A stretch of DNA of 60,775 nucleotides from positions 1 through 60,775 of the forward strand of contig JAWOFN010000125.1 in NCBI GenBank assembly GCA_046497505.1, read 5' to 3'. Under the pieces are notes generated by a model, which ran no database searches, was not told where the DNA came from, and was given only the letters and a program-made list of their open reading frames with translations. The stretch's first letter is position 1. The number at the start of each line of letters is the position of its first letter. A program made the translations under genes and the position numbers. Shown here piece after piece: positions 1 to 9,900 of the stretch. The DNA comes from a bacterium. Its GTDB lineage: Bacteria; Blakebacterota; Blakebacteria; Blakebacterales; JAWOFN01.

Positions 1-253
1 TAGAGATTTCTCCCCCCAGGCAAGCAGTTGAAACTATTAATCCTTCTTTATATTTAGATAAAACTTCCCAGTCAATTCTTGGCTTATAATAAAATCCTTC
101 AATATGAGCAATCGAAACCAGTTTAATTAAGTTTTTATAACCTGTATTATTTTTGGCAAGCAAAAGAAGGTGATAAGAATTTTTCTCCTCACTTCTGGTT
201 ATTTTGTCATGCCTAGAATTAGGAGCGTAATATATCTCTACTCCAATTATCGG
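1..253 (-). pseudogene. dnaE: Internal fragment of DNA polymerase III alpha subunit (PHP-domain region). It is AT-rich, truncated at a composition junction and runs off the window edge.
   Basis: The minus-strand translation reads PIIGVEIYYAPNSRHDKITRSEEKNSYHLLLLAKNNTGYKNLIKLVSIAHIEGFYYKPRIDWEVLSKYKEGLIVSTACLGGEIS, which is typical of the DnaE N-terminal region. Codon usage is AT-rich, unlike everything after ~255. There is no start codon. Confidence 0.8.
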
Positions 254-533
254 CTGAGTCGGACCCCAGGAGGGTGCGGCTGACCTCGTAGAGCGTCGTG
301 AGTTCGAAGATCCTCGGGTCGGGGACTCCGGCGGGGGTTACGGTTTCTTCAGCCACAGTCCTGCGAGCGTGACAGAGGCCGCTTCCCCTGTCAAGAAAGG
401 GGGGGTAGGCTTCCAAATATGTCCATCACTACCGAAGAGGCGGACGGGGACATCCTGTTCCGGCCGGGGTCGGCGAGCGGACCGCAGACCTGCTCCGGTC
501 CCTGGGACTCGAGGAGCAGCTGACCATCCCGGC

Positions 534-3500
534 CTAGCTCCGTACGGCCCTCTCCAGTCGTCGGATGGCCGCCTCATCCAGGCTGAAGTACTCCGCCTCC
601 GGATGATGGAACACCATGGCGGAGACGCTCGCCTCGGGATCCATCATGGAATCCTCGGTGAGTTCGATCCCCGCGGCCGCCTCCACGTCCAGCACACGGA
701 AGAGGATCTCCTGGTCTTCGAGGCGGGGACATGCGGGATAGCCGAAGGAGACCCGGATCCCCCGGTAGCGGGCCTTGAAGATATCCTCCAGGGTGAGTTC
801 CGCGGGGTCCCTGATCCCCCACATCGCCCGCATCTGCTGGTGCAGCCATTCCGCGAAGGCCTCCGCGGTCTCGAGGGCCAGGGCCTGAAGGGCGTGTGAT
901 CGCAAAAAGCGCCCCTCCTTCTTCCACTCGGCGGCCTTCTCCAGCACCCCGTGTCCCACAGTCACCGCGAAAAGACCCACCGAGTCGAGTTCCCCCCGCT
1001 CCCGAGGCCTTAGGTAGTCGGCCAGGCACCGGTACGGCTCCTCGCTCTGACGCCCGAAGGTGAAGCGGGCCTCCTCCCTCCGCCCGGAGGAGTCGAGGAG
1101 GACCGCATCCTCACCCTCCCCCACCGCCCGGAAGAACCGGAAGACACCCTGGGGCCGCAGGAGCTGCTCCTCCACCGCCTCCGCCTGGAGATCGCGCACG
1201 GTCTGCCGCAGTTCCTCCGCCTTCTCGTCCCCCCGTTCCAGCAGGTCCTGGAAGCGTCCCTTCAGTCCCAGGTGACGTCCGAAGAGCATGGTGGGGTTGA
1301 TGTACCCGAAGAGATCGTCCAGGTCCACATCCCCCGGACCGAGCACGTGCGGCTTGAGATCGGGGGGCTGGGGGAGGGGGAAATCATGGTCGAGTCCGCC
1401 CCCCGGCGGCACCTCCGGCGCCTCCCCCCCCACGCTCTCCGTTCCCTCACCCCGTTCAAGGTCCGAAGCCCCCTGCCGCTGGGAGAGTTCCGCGGCCAGG
1501 GCCTCCCTGCGCTCGGGGTCCATGAGACGGTCCGCCAGGGAGAGCCCCTCCATGGCGTCCTTCGCGTAGACGGTGGGACCTTTGTAGACGGAGGCTATCC
1601 TGGTGTCGGTGTAGGTGCGGGTCAGGGCGGCACCCCCCACCAGGAGGGGAGCCGAGATACCGTGGGCGGTGAGCTCCTCCGCGGTGATGGTCATCTGCTG
1701 GGTACTCTTGACCAGCAGCCCGGAGAGGCCGATGAGGTCCGGCTCCTTCTCCTCCGACGCCCGGACGAGTTCGTGGGGAGGGACCTTGATCCCCAGGTTC
1801 ACCACCTCGTAGCCGTTGTTGCTGAGGATGATGTCCACCAGGTTCTTCCCGATGTCGTGGACGTCACCCTTGACCGTGGCCAGCAGCACCCGCCCTTTCG
1901 AGGCGGACTCCCTGCGGTCCATTCGGGGTTCCAGGTGCCGGACCGCCCTCTTCATCACCTCGGCACTCAGGAGCACCTCGGCCACGATCAGCTCGTTGTC
2001 GTTGAAGAGCCGTCCCACCTCCGCCATCCCCTCCATGAGGGGACCATTCACGATCTCCAGGGGGCGCATCCGCTCCAGGGCCTCATCCAGGTCTTCCTCC
2101 AGACCGTCACCGGACCCGTCGACGATGTAGCGGGCCAGGCGCTCCTCGAGGGGGAGGTCCTTCCTGGGACCGGGAGAGGGACGGGCCTCCTTCCCCCGGA
2201 AGTGCTCCACGAAGGCACCGAGGGGGTCCTCTCCCCGGTGGAAGAGGAGGTCCTCACACAGCCCGCGCTCGGTCTCGTCGATCTGGGTGGCCCGGAGCAG
2301 CCGCTCGGAGTTCACGATGGCCATGTCGAGGCCGTTCTGGAGACTCTTGTGGAGGAAGACGGCGTTGAGGACCTCCCGTCCCGCGGCGGGCAGACCGAAC
2401 GAGACGTTGGAGATCCCCAGGATGGTACGGCAGGCGGGGAAGGCGGCCTTCACCGCCTTCACCCCCTCGATGGTCTCCCGGGCGGAACCGATATAGTTCG
2501 CGTCCCCGGTCCCCACCGGGAAGACCAGGGGGTCGAAGACCAGGTCCCGCTCGGGCAGCCCGTACTTCCCGGTGAGGAGCTCGTGGCTGCGGCGGGCCAC
2601 GGCCAGCTTCCTTTCCCGGGTCCGGGCCATCCCCTCATGGGGGTCCTCGTCGATGCATCCCACCACCACGGCGGCCCCGTATGTCCTGACCAGGGGGACC
2701 ACCCGCTCGAAGCGCTCCTCACCGTCCTCCAGGTTGATGCTGTTCACCACGCACTTGCCTTGACAGCGCTTGAGGGCCTCCTCCAGCACCTCCGGGTCGG
2801 TGGTATCGATCATCAGCGGCACCCGCACCTTGCGTACCAGTCCGTCCAGGAAGGCGGCCATGTCCGCGGTCTCGTCCCGGTCCGGGTCGGCGAGGCAGAC
2901 ATCCAGGATGTGGGCCCCCTCCCGGACCTGTCGACGTCCGATCTCCGCCGCTCCCTCCCAGTCCCCCTCCTCCACCAGCGATCGGAAGGTCCTCGAACCG
3001 ATGACGTTGGTGCGCTCCCCCACGATGACCGGGGCGTAATCGTCCAAGGGGAGATAGTCCACACCACTCACCGCCGCCGGGACCCGGACGGAGGGGCGGC
3101 GGGGCATCGCCCCCTCCACCGCCTCGACCAGGGCTCGGATATGGTCCGGCCCGGTCCCGCAGCATCCGCCGGTGATGTTCATCCAGCCCTCTTCCGCGAA
3201 GCGCCCCACCGCCGCCGCCATCTTCTCCGGCGTCTCGTGATAGACCCCTTCATGATCGGGCAGACCCGCGTTGGGGATGACCGAGACCGGGATGTCCGCC
3301 AGGCCGGCCAGGGCCCGGAGGTGGTCGGTCATGAACTCGGGACCCGTGGCACAGTTGAGCCCGATGGCGGCGAGGCCGGCGTGCTCCAGGCTGGTGAAGG
3401 CGGCCTCGACCCCCTGTCCCGCCAGGGTGGTACCCATCGTCTCGATGGTCACCGAGACCATCACCGGCACCTCGAGGGCCATCTCCTCGAAGACCGTGCG

Positions 3501-4031
3501 GATGGCGGCCAGTCCCGCCTTCACGTTGAGGGTGTCCTGCACGGTCTCCAGAAGCAGGATGTCCGCTCCCCCCTCCAGCAGCCCCGCCGCCTGTTCCCGG
3601 TAATGGTCCACCATGCCGTCGAAGGTCACCCCGCCGGTCACCATGAGACTGCGGGTGGTGGGCCCCATGGATCCCGCCACCCAGCGTGTACGGCCGGATC
3701 CGTCGAACCCGGCGGCGGCCTCCCGGGCCAGCTCGGCGGCGGCCCGGTTGATCTCCCGGGCCTTCTCCGCCAGCCCGTACTCGGCCAGGACCAGAGGGGT
3801 GGCCCCGAAAGTGTCCGTCTCCACCACGTCCGCTCCGGCCTCCAGGTAGCTGCGGTGGATGTCGCGGATCGCATCGGGACGGGTGAGGACCAGGTGCTCG
3901 TTGCACCCCTCGTACTCCGGGCCCCCGAAGTCCTCCGGACCCAGGTCCAGGGTCTGGATACGGGTACCCATCGCCCCGTCGAAGACGAGGATGTGCTCGG
4001 TGAGGAGCTGGTCGAACGACTCGGGGTCCAA
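534..4031 (-). CDS. metH: Cobalamin-dependent methionine synthase
   Basis: All modules are present: Hcy-binding (ILVFDGAMGTRIQ), pterin-binding (VIVGERTNVIGS), the B12-binding motif (GDVHDIGKNLV) and the AdoMet activation domain. The long ORF 534..4652 overlaps gltA, so the true start is internal. A TTG at 4031 or a CTG at 4049 lies just after the GGAAGGAGA Shine-Dalgarno sequence (SD); a GTG at 4136 is also possible. Confidence 0.93.
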   Translation of the reverse strand: MDPESFDQLLTEHILVFDGAMGTRIQTLDLGPEDFGGPEYEGCNEHLVLTRPDAIRDIHRSYLEAGADVVETDTFGATPLVLAEYGLAEKAREINRAAAELAREAAAGFDGSGRTRWVAGSMGPTTRSLMVTGGVTFDGMVDHYREQAAGLLEGGADILLLETVQDTLNVKAGLAAIRTVFEEMALEVPVMVSVTIETMGTTLAGQGVEAAFTSLEHAGLAAIGLNCATGPEFMTDHLRALAGLADIPVSVIPNAGLPDHEGVYHETPEKMAAAVGRFAEEGWMNITGGCCGTGPDHIRALVEAVEGAMPRRPSVRVPAAVSGVDYLPLDDYAPVIVGERTNVIGSRTFRSLVEEGDWEGAAEIGRRQVREGAHILDVCLADPDRDETADMAAFLDGLVRKVRVPLMIDTTDPEVLEEALKRCQGKCVVNSINLEDGEERFERVVPLVRTYGAAVVVGCIDEDPHEGMARTRERKLAVARRSHELLTGKYGLPERDLVFDPLVFPVGTGDANYIGSARETIEGVKAVKAAFPACRTILGISNVSFGLPAAGREVLNAVFLHKSLQNGLDMAIVNSERLLRATQIDETERGLCEDLLFHRGEDPLGAFVEHFRGKEARPSPGPRKDLPLEERLARYIVDGSGDGLEEDLDEALERMRPLEIVNGPLMEGMAEVGRLFNDNELIVAEVLLSAEVMKRAVRHLEPRMDRRESASKGRVLLATVKGDVHDIGKNLVDIILSNNGYEVVNLGIKVPPHELVRASEEKEPDLIGLSGLLVKSTQQMTITAEELTAHGISAPLLVGGAALTRTYTDTRIASVYKGPTVYAKDAMEGLSLADRLMDPERREALAAELSQRQGASDLERGEGTESVGGEAPEVPPGGGLDHDFPLPQPPDLKPHVLGPGDVDLDDLFGYINPTMLFGRHLGLKGRFQDLLERGDEKAEELRQTVRDLQAEAVEEQLLRPQGVFRFFRAVGEGEDAVLLDSSGRREEARFTFGRQSEEPYRCLADYLRPRERGELDSVGLFAVTVGHGVLEKAAEWKKEGRFLRSHALQALALETAEAFAEWLHQQMRAMWGIRDPAELTLEDIFKARYRGIRVSFGYPACPRLEDQEILFRVLDVEAAAGIELTEDSMMDPEASVSAMVFHHPEAEYFSLDEAAIRRLERAVRS

Positions 4032-4174
4032 TCTCGGTCGGCAGTTCAGAAGGTCTCCTTCCGATGGTGGGGACTGAAGGGGTATGATAGCCGACGGCCC
4101 GGCATGGAGGCACGGAAAGATCCGCGCCGCCCACACCGGGCCGCGGCGATCGGTGAAGGAGGGTCGGCAGGCGG

Positions 4175-5452
4175 CTACGCCATGCCCACCTCCTTCTTGA
4201 TCCACTTCGTGTTCACCGACTTGGGCCGGGTGATGGGCTCCATCATGGCCCGGCTCATGATGAGCTGGCTCGTCATGCCCATGGCCCGGCTCACGCCGAA
4301 GAGGACCGTGTAATACAGCATCTCGCTGATGCCGTAGTGATAGAGGAGGGCACCCGACCCCGCGTCCACGTTGGGGTAGGGGTTGGCCGCCTTCCCGTGC
4401 TCCTTCAGGACCTCGGGGATGACCTGGAAGCCCACGTCCACGGTCTTGAAGACCGGGTCGTCCGGGAAGTGCTCCCGGCCGAACTCGTTGAAGGCCTTGA
4501 AGCGGGGGTCGGTGGCCCGGAGCACGGCGTGCCCGTAGCCGGGGATGACCCGTCCGCTGTTCAGGACGTCCCACGCGTACTCCCGCATCTGCTCCTCGCT
4601 GGGCGGCTTGCCGTCGTACTCCTCCAGGATGCCCAGGATGAACTTCAGGCATTCCTGGTTGGCCAGCCCGTGGAGGGGCCCGGCCAGGCCGGAGAGTCCG
4701 GCGGAGACCGAGTAGTAGGCGTCACTCAGCGCCGAGCCCACCACATGGCAGGTGAAGGCGCTGACATTGCCCCCCTCGTGGTCGCTGTGGAGGACGAGGT
4801 AGAGCCGCATGAGGTCGGCGAACTCATCCGACTCGATGCCCATCATGCGGGCGAAGTTATGGGACTGGTCCAGTTCCGGGTCGAAGGGAATGAGGTCTCC
4901 CTTGTCGAAGCGGATCCGGTAGACCGCCGCCGCGATGGCGGGCAGCTTGGCCAGCAGCTGGAGGCTGTCCTCCAGTGTCGGCTCCCAGTACTCCTCCTTC
5001 GGGATGCCCTCGTCGTACTTCCGGCGGAACACGGACTGCTCCTGCAGCACCGCGATCCCCGTGATGAACATGTCCATGGGATGCGCCGTCTCCGGCATGC
5101 TCCGCAGGACGTTCCAGACGTACTCGGGGACCTCCGCCCGCTTGTTGAAGTCCGCCTTCACCGAGTCGATCTCATCCCCCTCCGGCAGTTCCCCGGTACA
5201 GAGGAGGAAAAAGATCTCCTCGGGGGTCTTGTCCGTGAGTTCGATGACCGGGATGCCCCGGATGATGAGCCCCTGCTGGGGGTCCACCAGACTCGTGTCG
5301 CAGACCAGGCCCTTCACACCGCGCATTCCGCCGTAGGCCTGCTTGACCGTGACGTCTGAGATGACATGGTCGCCGTGTTCGGAGACGATCTCCCGGATCT
5401 CGTCCCGCCAGGCTGGGATCTTGGAGGCTAATTTTTCCTTCAAAGTTGGCAT
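4175..5452 (-). CDS. gltA: Citrate synthase (eukaryote-like type)
   Basis: 425-aa ORF with an ATG start. It shows citrate synthase signatures (GGMRG, HSDHEGGNVSA, PGYGHAVLR). Confidence 0.95.
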   Translation of the reverse strand: MPTLKEKLASKIPAWRDEIREIVSEHGDHVISDVTVKQAYGGMRGVKGLVCDTSLVDPQQGLIIRGIPVIELTDKTPEEIFFLLCTGELPEGDEIDSVKADFNKRAEVPEYVWNVLRSMPETAHPMDMFITGIAVLQEQSVFRRKYDEGIPKEEYWEPTLEDSLQLLAKLPAIAAAVYRIRFDKGDLIPFDPELDQSHNFARMMGIESDEFADLMRLYLVLHSDHEGGNVSAFTCHVVGSALSDAYYSVSAGLSGLAGPLHGLANQECLKFILGILEEYDGKPPSEEQMREYAWDVLNSGRVIPGYGHAVLRATDPRFKAFNEFGREHFPDDPVFKTVDVGFQVIPEVLKEHGKAANPYPNVDAGSGALLYHYGISEMLYYTVLFGVSRAMGMTSQLIMSRAMMEPITRPKSVNTKWIKKEVGMA

Positions 5453-5635
5453 GGCCGCTCTTCCTGATGTGGATCCTGGGTTGTGGTTTCCGCGGGCCTC
5501 GCCGCCGGCCGGGGGGCCGGCGGGCTCACCGAGTGCTTACCGCGTGCCGAGGGGCTTCCGCCCACCATCACTATAGAGGACCCTGGTGTCCGAATCCAGA
5601 ACCTCACGCTCCTTATCGGGGTTCCCCCTTCCTCA

Positions 5636-6322
5636 TCAGGTCCGCAGCTCCGTCAGGATCCCCGCCGGTGTCCGCTCACAACGCGCATCCCGCCCGAACA
5701 CCTCACCCAGGAGGCCGCAGAGCGACTCGAAGACCTCCGGGAGCCCTGGGCCCTCTCCCACCTCCCGGCGCAGGGTGGTCATCAGCCCGGCGTCCAGTCC
5801 GCACGGGTTGATGCGGGTGAACTCCTCCACATCACTCGAGATGTTGAGGGCGAAACCGTGGTAGGTGGTCCATCGGCGGACGGCCACACCGATGCTGGCG
5901 ATCTTCCGGACCGGCTCTCCCGCCGGGACCCAGACGCCCGTATGGGGGGGGTTCCGACCCGCCGGACAGCCCTGTTCGGCCAGGGTGCGGATGAGGAGTT
6001 CCTCGGTCCTGCGCAGGTGCAGGTGGAGGTCGCGTTCCTCTTCCTGCAGGGCGAGGATGGGGTAGCCCACCAGCTGCCCCGGACCGTGCCAGGTCACATC
6101 GCCCCCCCTCTCCACCTCCGCCACCGGGAGTTCCGCGGCGGCGGGACCGAGGTTGGAGGGGTCGGTGCCCCGACCGCAGGTGATCACCGGATCGTGCTCG
6201 CACAGCAGCAGGGTGTCCGGTCCCTCTCCTCCTGCGACCTGATCCACCAGGCGGAGCTGCAGTCGCCGGGCCGCCTCACAGCCGGTACGGCCCAGCCACC
6301 AGGTCCGGAGAGGTCGGGCCAA
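5636..6322 (-). CDS. lipB: Lipoyl(octanoyl) transferase
   Basis: Motifs: HDPVITCGRG, GGDVTWHGPGQLVGYPIL, KIASIGV. The start is a TTG. Confidence 0.9.
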   Translation of the reverse strand: MARPLRTWWLGRTGCEAARRLQLRLVDQVAGGEGPDTLLLCEHDPVITCGRGTDPSNLGPAAAELPVAEVERGGDVTWHGPGQLVGYPILALQEEERDLHLHLRRTEELLIRTLAEQGCPAGRNPPHTGVWVPAGEPVRKIASIGVAVRRWTTYHGFALNISSDVEEFTRINPCGLDAGLMTTLRREVGEGPGLPEVFESLCGLLGEVFGRDARCERTPAGILTELRT

Positions 6323-6495
6323 GGTCCTAGTGCCGCCGCCCGCAGGTACGGTCAGGCACCGAGAGCGTCGATACGCCGCTCAGGCAAGGCGCCTCGACGA
6401 CGCCATAGCGGTGCCTATGGCGAGGAGAGGAAACGCAGCCTGAGCGGATGCAGCGGCCCTCGAATGCGACCGTATCGGCGGGCGTCGGCACTACA

Positions 6496-7902
6496 CTACC
6501 GGTTGAGCTGGTGGATGGCCTTGCCCAGGGCGCCCTCGGCGGCCTCCATGACCGCCTCACCCAGGGTGGGGTGGGGATGCATGGTATAGCCCACATCCTC
6601 CATACGGGCACCCATCTCCAGGGCCAGGCACGCTTCGCTGATCAGGTCGGCGGCCCCGGGACCCACGATCTGGACCCCCAGGAGCATCCCGCTCTCCCCG
6701 TCCCCGATGACCTGCACCCAGCCGTCGGTCTCGTCCAGGGCGAGGGCGCGGCCGTTGGCCTGGAAGGGGAAGCGGCCGGTGACGACCTCGTACCCCCCCT
6801 CCTCCGCCTCCTCCTTGCCGAGGCCGACGTAGGCGATCTCCGGTTCGGTGAAGATGACCGCGGGCACCGCCCGGTAATCGTACTCCGCGGGCTCACCCGC
6901 GATGACCTCGGCGGCCACCACCCCTTCCTTGGCGGCCTTGTGGGCCAGCATCGGCTCCCCCGCCACGTCGCCGATGGCGAAGATGTGCTCCACCTCCGTG
7001 CGGCGCTGCGGGTCCACCGAGAGGAAACCCTTCTCGTCCGTCTCCAGACCCGCGGCCTCCAGGTCCAGCCCCTCGGTGTTCGGCTTGCGGCCGATGGTCA
7101 CCAGCACGCGGTCCGCCTCGAAGGTCTTCTCCTCGCCCTCCCGGTCCTCGGCGGTGAGGACGGCCTTCTCCCCCGACCTCTCGAGCCCCTTGGCCTTCGT
7201 CTTCAGGTGGATGTCCATCTCCAGCTTCTTGCAGGAGCGCTCCACCATCTTGGCCAGGCGCTTCGGCGAGCCGGGCAGGAGAGTGTCCATCATCTCCACG
7301 ACCGTGACACCGGTACCGAGCTTCGCGTAGGCGATGCCCAGCTCCAATCCGATGTAGCCCCCGCCTATGACGAGCAGCTTCTCCGGCACTTCGGCGAAGT
7401 CGAGGGCACCGCGGCTGCCCACCACCACCTCCCCGTCCGGTTCGAAGCCCTCCAGGAAGAAGGGGCGGGAGCCGGTCGCAATGACCGCCCGGTCGAAGGT
7501 GACCTCCTCCTCCCCCTCCCCGGTCTCAACGAGAACGCTGTGGGCGTCCTTGAATCGGGCGGTACCCTCCAGCGTGTCCACCTCGTTCCCCTTCAGGAGC
7601 TGGGCCACACCGCCGGTGAGCCTGCCCACCACCTCCCCTTTCCACTGCTGGGTCTTCTCGAAGTCGATGGCCTTCTCCTTCACGGAGATGCCCATGGCAT
7701 CGGAATGGTCCAGCTTGTGGTAGAGGTCGGCGGCGGAGATGAGGGCCTTGGAGGGGACGCACCCGAAGTTCAGGCAGGTACCCCCGATGGCCTCCTTCTC
7801 GATGATGAGGGTCTTCTTGCCGAGCTGGCCCAGTCGTATGGCGGCTGCGTAGCCCCCGGGGCCTGCTCCGATGACGACCGCTTCGTAGTGCTTGTCTGGC
7901 AT
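6496..7902 (-). CDS. lpdA: Dihydrolipoyl dehydrogenase (E3)
   Basis: GAGPGGY FAD motif, redox-active CLNFGCVPSK and the C-terminal HPHPTLGE interface motif. Confidence 0.95.
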   Translation of the reverse strand: MPDKHYEAVVIGAGPGGYAAAIRLGQLGKKTLIIEKEAIGGTCLNFGCVPSKALISAADLYHKLDHSDAMGISVKEKAIDFEKTQQWKGEVVGRLTGGVAQLLKGNEVDTLEGTARFKDAHSVLVETGEGEEEVTFDRAVIATGSRPFFLEGFEPDGEVVVGSRGALDFAEVPEKLLVIGGGYIGLELGIAYAKLGTGVTVVEMMDTLLPGSPKRLAKMVERSCKKLEMDIHLKTKAKGLERSGEKAVLTAEDREGEEKTFEADRVLVTIGRKPNTEGLDLEAAGLETDEKGFLSVDPQRRTEVEHIFAIGDVAGEPMLAHKAAKEGVVAAEVIAGEPAEYDYRAVPAVIFTEPEIAYVGLGKEEAEEGGYEVVTGRFPFQANGRALALDETDGWVQVIGDGESGMLLGVQIVGPGAADLISEACLALEMGARMEDVGYTMHPHPTLGEAVMEAAEGALGKAIHQLNR

Positions 7903-7906
7903 GGGA

Positions 7907-9196
7907 TCATATCTCCAGAAGGATGAGTCCCGGTTCTTCCAGGTAGGATTTGAGCGTGTTCATGAAGGCGGCACCCTCGGCCCCGTCGGTGATCCGGTGG
8001 TCGAAGGTGATACCCAGGTACATCATGGGACGTATCTCCACTTCACCGTCGACCGCCACGGGGCGTTCCTTGATCCCTCCGACCCCCAGGATGGCGGCCT
8101 CGGGGTAGTTGATGACGGGCGTGGCGAAGAGTCCGCCGATGGCACCGTAGTTGGTGATGGTGATGGTGCTCCCCCGCAGGTCGTCGGGACCGATGGACGC
8201 GTCCCGCGTGGCCTCCGCCTTATCCACCATCTCCCGGGCAAGCTCCACCGCACTCTTGCGGTCCGCATCCCGGATCACCGGGACCAGCAGCCCCCGGTCG
8301 GTGGCCACGGCCACCCCCACGTGGTAGTCGTACAGGTAGGCGATCTCCCCCGCCTCCTCGTCCAGGTAGGCGTTGAACATGGGGTATTCCCGCAGCGCGG
8401 CGATGAGGGCCTTGATGATGAAGGGGAGGTAGGTGACCTTCACGCCCTCCGGGGCCCGTTCCTTCGCAGCCTGCCGCAAAGCCACCAGCCGGGTGGCGTC
8501 GATCTCGTCCACGTGGGTCACGTGCACGGCCTTCTGCTGCGATTCGGTCAGCCGCTCGCTGATCTTCCGCCGCAGCCCCTTCAGCTTGAAGCGCTCCTCG
8601 CCCCCGCTGGGGTACTTTCTCTTCTCCCTGGCCGGAGCATCCGAGGGCTCGGCCCCCTTCGTGAAGGACGCCACGTCCTCGGCCATGACCCGGCCCGCGG
8701 GACCGCTCCCCGGGACCTGGTCGATGTCGACGTCCTTCTCGCGTGCGATCCGCCGGACGCTGGTGGCAGCCAGCTGCTTCCCCCCGGGGCGGGGCCCGGC
8801 GGCGGCGCCGGGTCCCGTTTCTCCTCCCTCCTCTTCCTGCTCCCCTTCCCTCTCTTCTACCTTGTCGGGAGCGGGGCGGGTCGCCTCCTCCTCATCCTTC
8901 AGCTCCGCCTCGGCCTCGACCACTTCGAGCTCCTCTTCCGACTCCGGGACCTCCTCCCCCTCCTCACCGATGATGACCAGGCCGGTGCCGATCTCCACCA
9001 CCGTGCCCTCCTCGACGAGGATCTCGAGGATCTGGCCCTTCCGGGGAGTGGTGATCTCCACCGTGGCCTTGTCGGTCATGACCTCGACCATCGGCTGGTC
9101 CTCGGCGACCACCTCGCCCTCCTCCACCAGCCAGTTGACGACCTCACCCTCGGCGATGCCCTCACCGATGTCGGGGAGCTTGAACTCGAGCGCCAT
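7907..9196 (-). CDS. Dihydrolipoamide acyltransferase (E2), single lipoyl domain
   Basis: Lipoyl-lysine motif VMTDKATVEI, an acidic/Pro linker, a subunit-binding domain (PSBD; VRRIAREKDVDIDQVPGSGPAGRV) and the catalytic DHRITDGA motif. GGAGG lies upstream of the ATG. Confidence 0.92.
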   Translation of the reverse strand: MALEFKLPDIGEGIAEGEVVNWLVEEGEVVAEDQPMVEVMTDKATVEITTPRKGQILEILVEEGTVVEIGTGLVIIGEEGEEVPESEEELEVVEAEAELKDEEEATRPAPDKVEEREGEQEEEGGETGPGAAAGPRPGGKQLAATSVRRIAREKDVDIDQVPGSGPAGRVMAEDVASFTKGAEPSDAPAREKRKYPSGGEERFKLKGLRRKISERLTESQQKAVHVTHVDEIDATRLVALRQAAKERAPEGVKVTYLPFIIKALIAALREYPMFNAYLDEEAGEIAYLYDYHVGVAVATDRGLLVPVIRDADRKSAVELAREMVDKAEATRDASIGPDDLRGSTITITNYGAIGGLFATPVINYPEAAILGVGGIKERPVAVDGEVEIRPMMYLGITFDHRITDGAEGAAFMNTLKSYLEEPGLILLEI

Positions 9197-9208
9197 GCCT
9201 GCGGCCTC

Positions 9209-9833
9209 CTAGAAGTCGGTTACCTGTTTGATCGCGTTCCAGACACGGTAGTCGTCCGGCATGTAGAGCCCCTCAAGAGAGTATGGGAAGGGCATGCCGG
9301 AGGTCGATCACCTCGGCGGATATCCCCGCGTCTGCCGCCCCTCCCGCTGCCCGGCCGCACACAGGGACCATGGCTCCGTAGGCGATGAGGGTCACGTCCC
9401 CGATGCCCGCCGTATGGGCGAAGTGACTCTCGATGCTCTGGCTGTGATAGTGCCCGCCCCGGGTGCCGCCGCCGAAGGGAGTACGTATCACCATCGGCAG
9501 GGTGAACATCCCGGCGGACTTGTACCGGAACTTGGTGACCTCGCTGGGTATCTGGTCGAAGGGGGGCCAGATGAAGTCGGCGAACTGGATCTCGACCACC
9601 GGGTGCAGCCCATGCAGCGCCGTCCCGAAGGCCATCCCGACGATGCCGGATTCGTTGAGGGGCGTGTCGATCACCCGCTCCTCTCCGTACGCCTCGAAGA
9701 GTCCCTGTGGGGCCCGGAAGCCCCCTCCGTTGCCCCCCACGTCCTCCCCCAGGAGGACGATCTTTTCCTCCCGTCCCATCTCGTGGGCCAGGGCGGCGTT
9801 CACCTCCTGGATCAATGTCATGGTTCTCGGCAT
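9209..9833 (-). pseudogene. Branched-chain-type 2-oxoacid dehydrogenase E1 beta, with two internal deletions and a frameshift
   Basis: The N-terminal half is normal (MTLIQEVNAAL...HSQSIESHFAHTAGI). It then jumps directly to GDVTLIAYGAMV...AEVIDLR, with about 59 aa missing. It stops at 9273. The authentic C-terminus PFPYSLEGLYMPDDYRVWNAIKQVTDF* follows in another frame and ends at 9209-9211. Confidence 0.8.
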
Positions 9834-9900
9834 GCTCGCACCTCTGTGTGGACCGGACCGCCCTCGCCGCGGCTTCGCCGGCTGATCCCCCCCGTGGGGA

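Noticed and set aside
4100-4160. Possible SAH or B12 riboswitch or terminator between gltA and metH
   Set aside because: There is only a modest GC hairpin (CGCCGC...GCGGCG) with a weak T-tract, and no recognisable riboswitch core.
1272-4313. 1013-aa plus-strand ORF antisense to metH. Similar giant antisense ORFs lie at 16649..18649, 20354..22708, 32963..35035, 39606..41663, 48162..50345 and 53536..55626.
   Set aside because: The translations are low-complexity, Arg/Gly/Pro/His-rich and have no recognisable motifs. Each lies exactly opposite a gene with clear family signatures. This is the usual artefact of high GC content (few stop codons).
4032-4652. N-terminal 200-aa extension of the metH ORF (ORF track 534..4652)
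   Set aside because: It overlaps the 3' half of citrate synthase in another frame, is Arg/Pro/Gly-rich nonsense and lacks MetH homology. The homology begins at ...DPESFDQLLTEHILVFDG, just after a strong SD.
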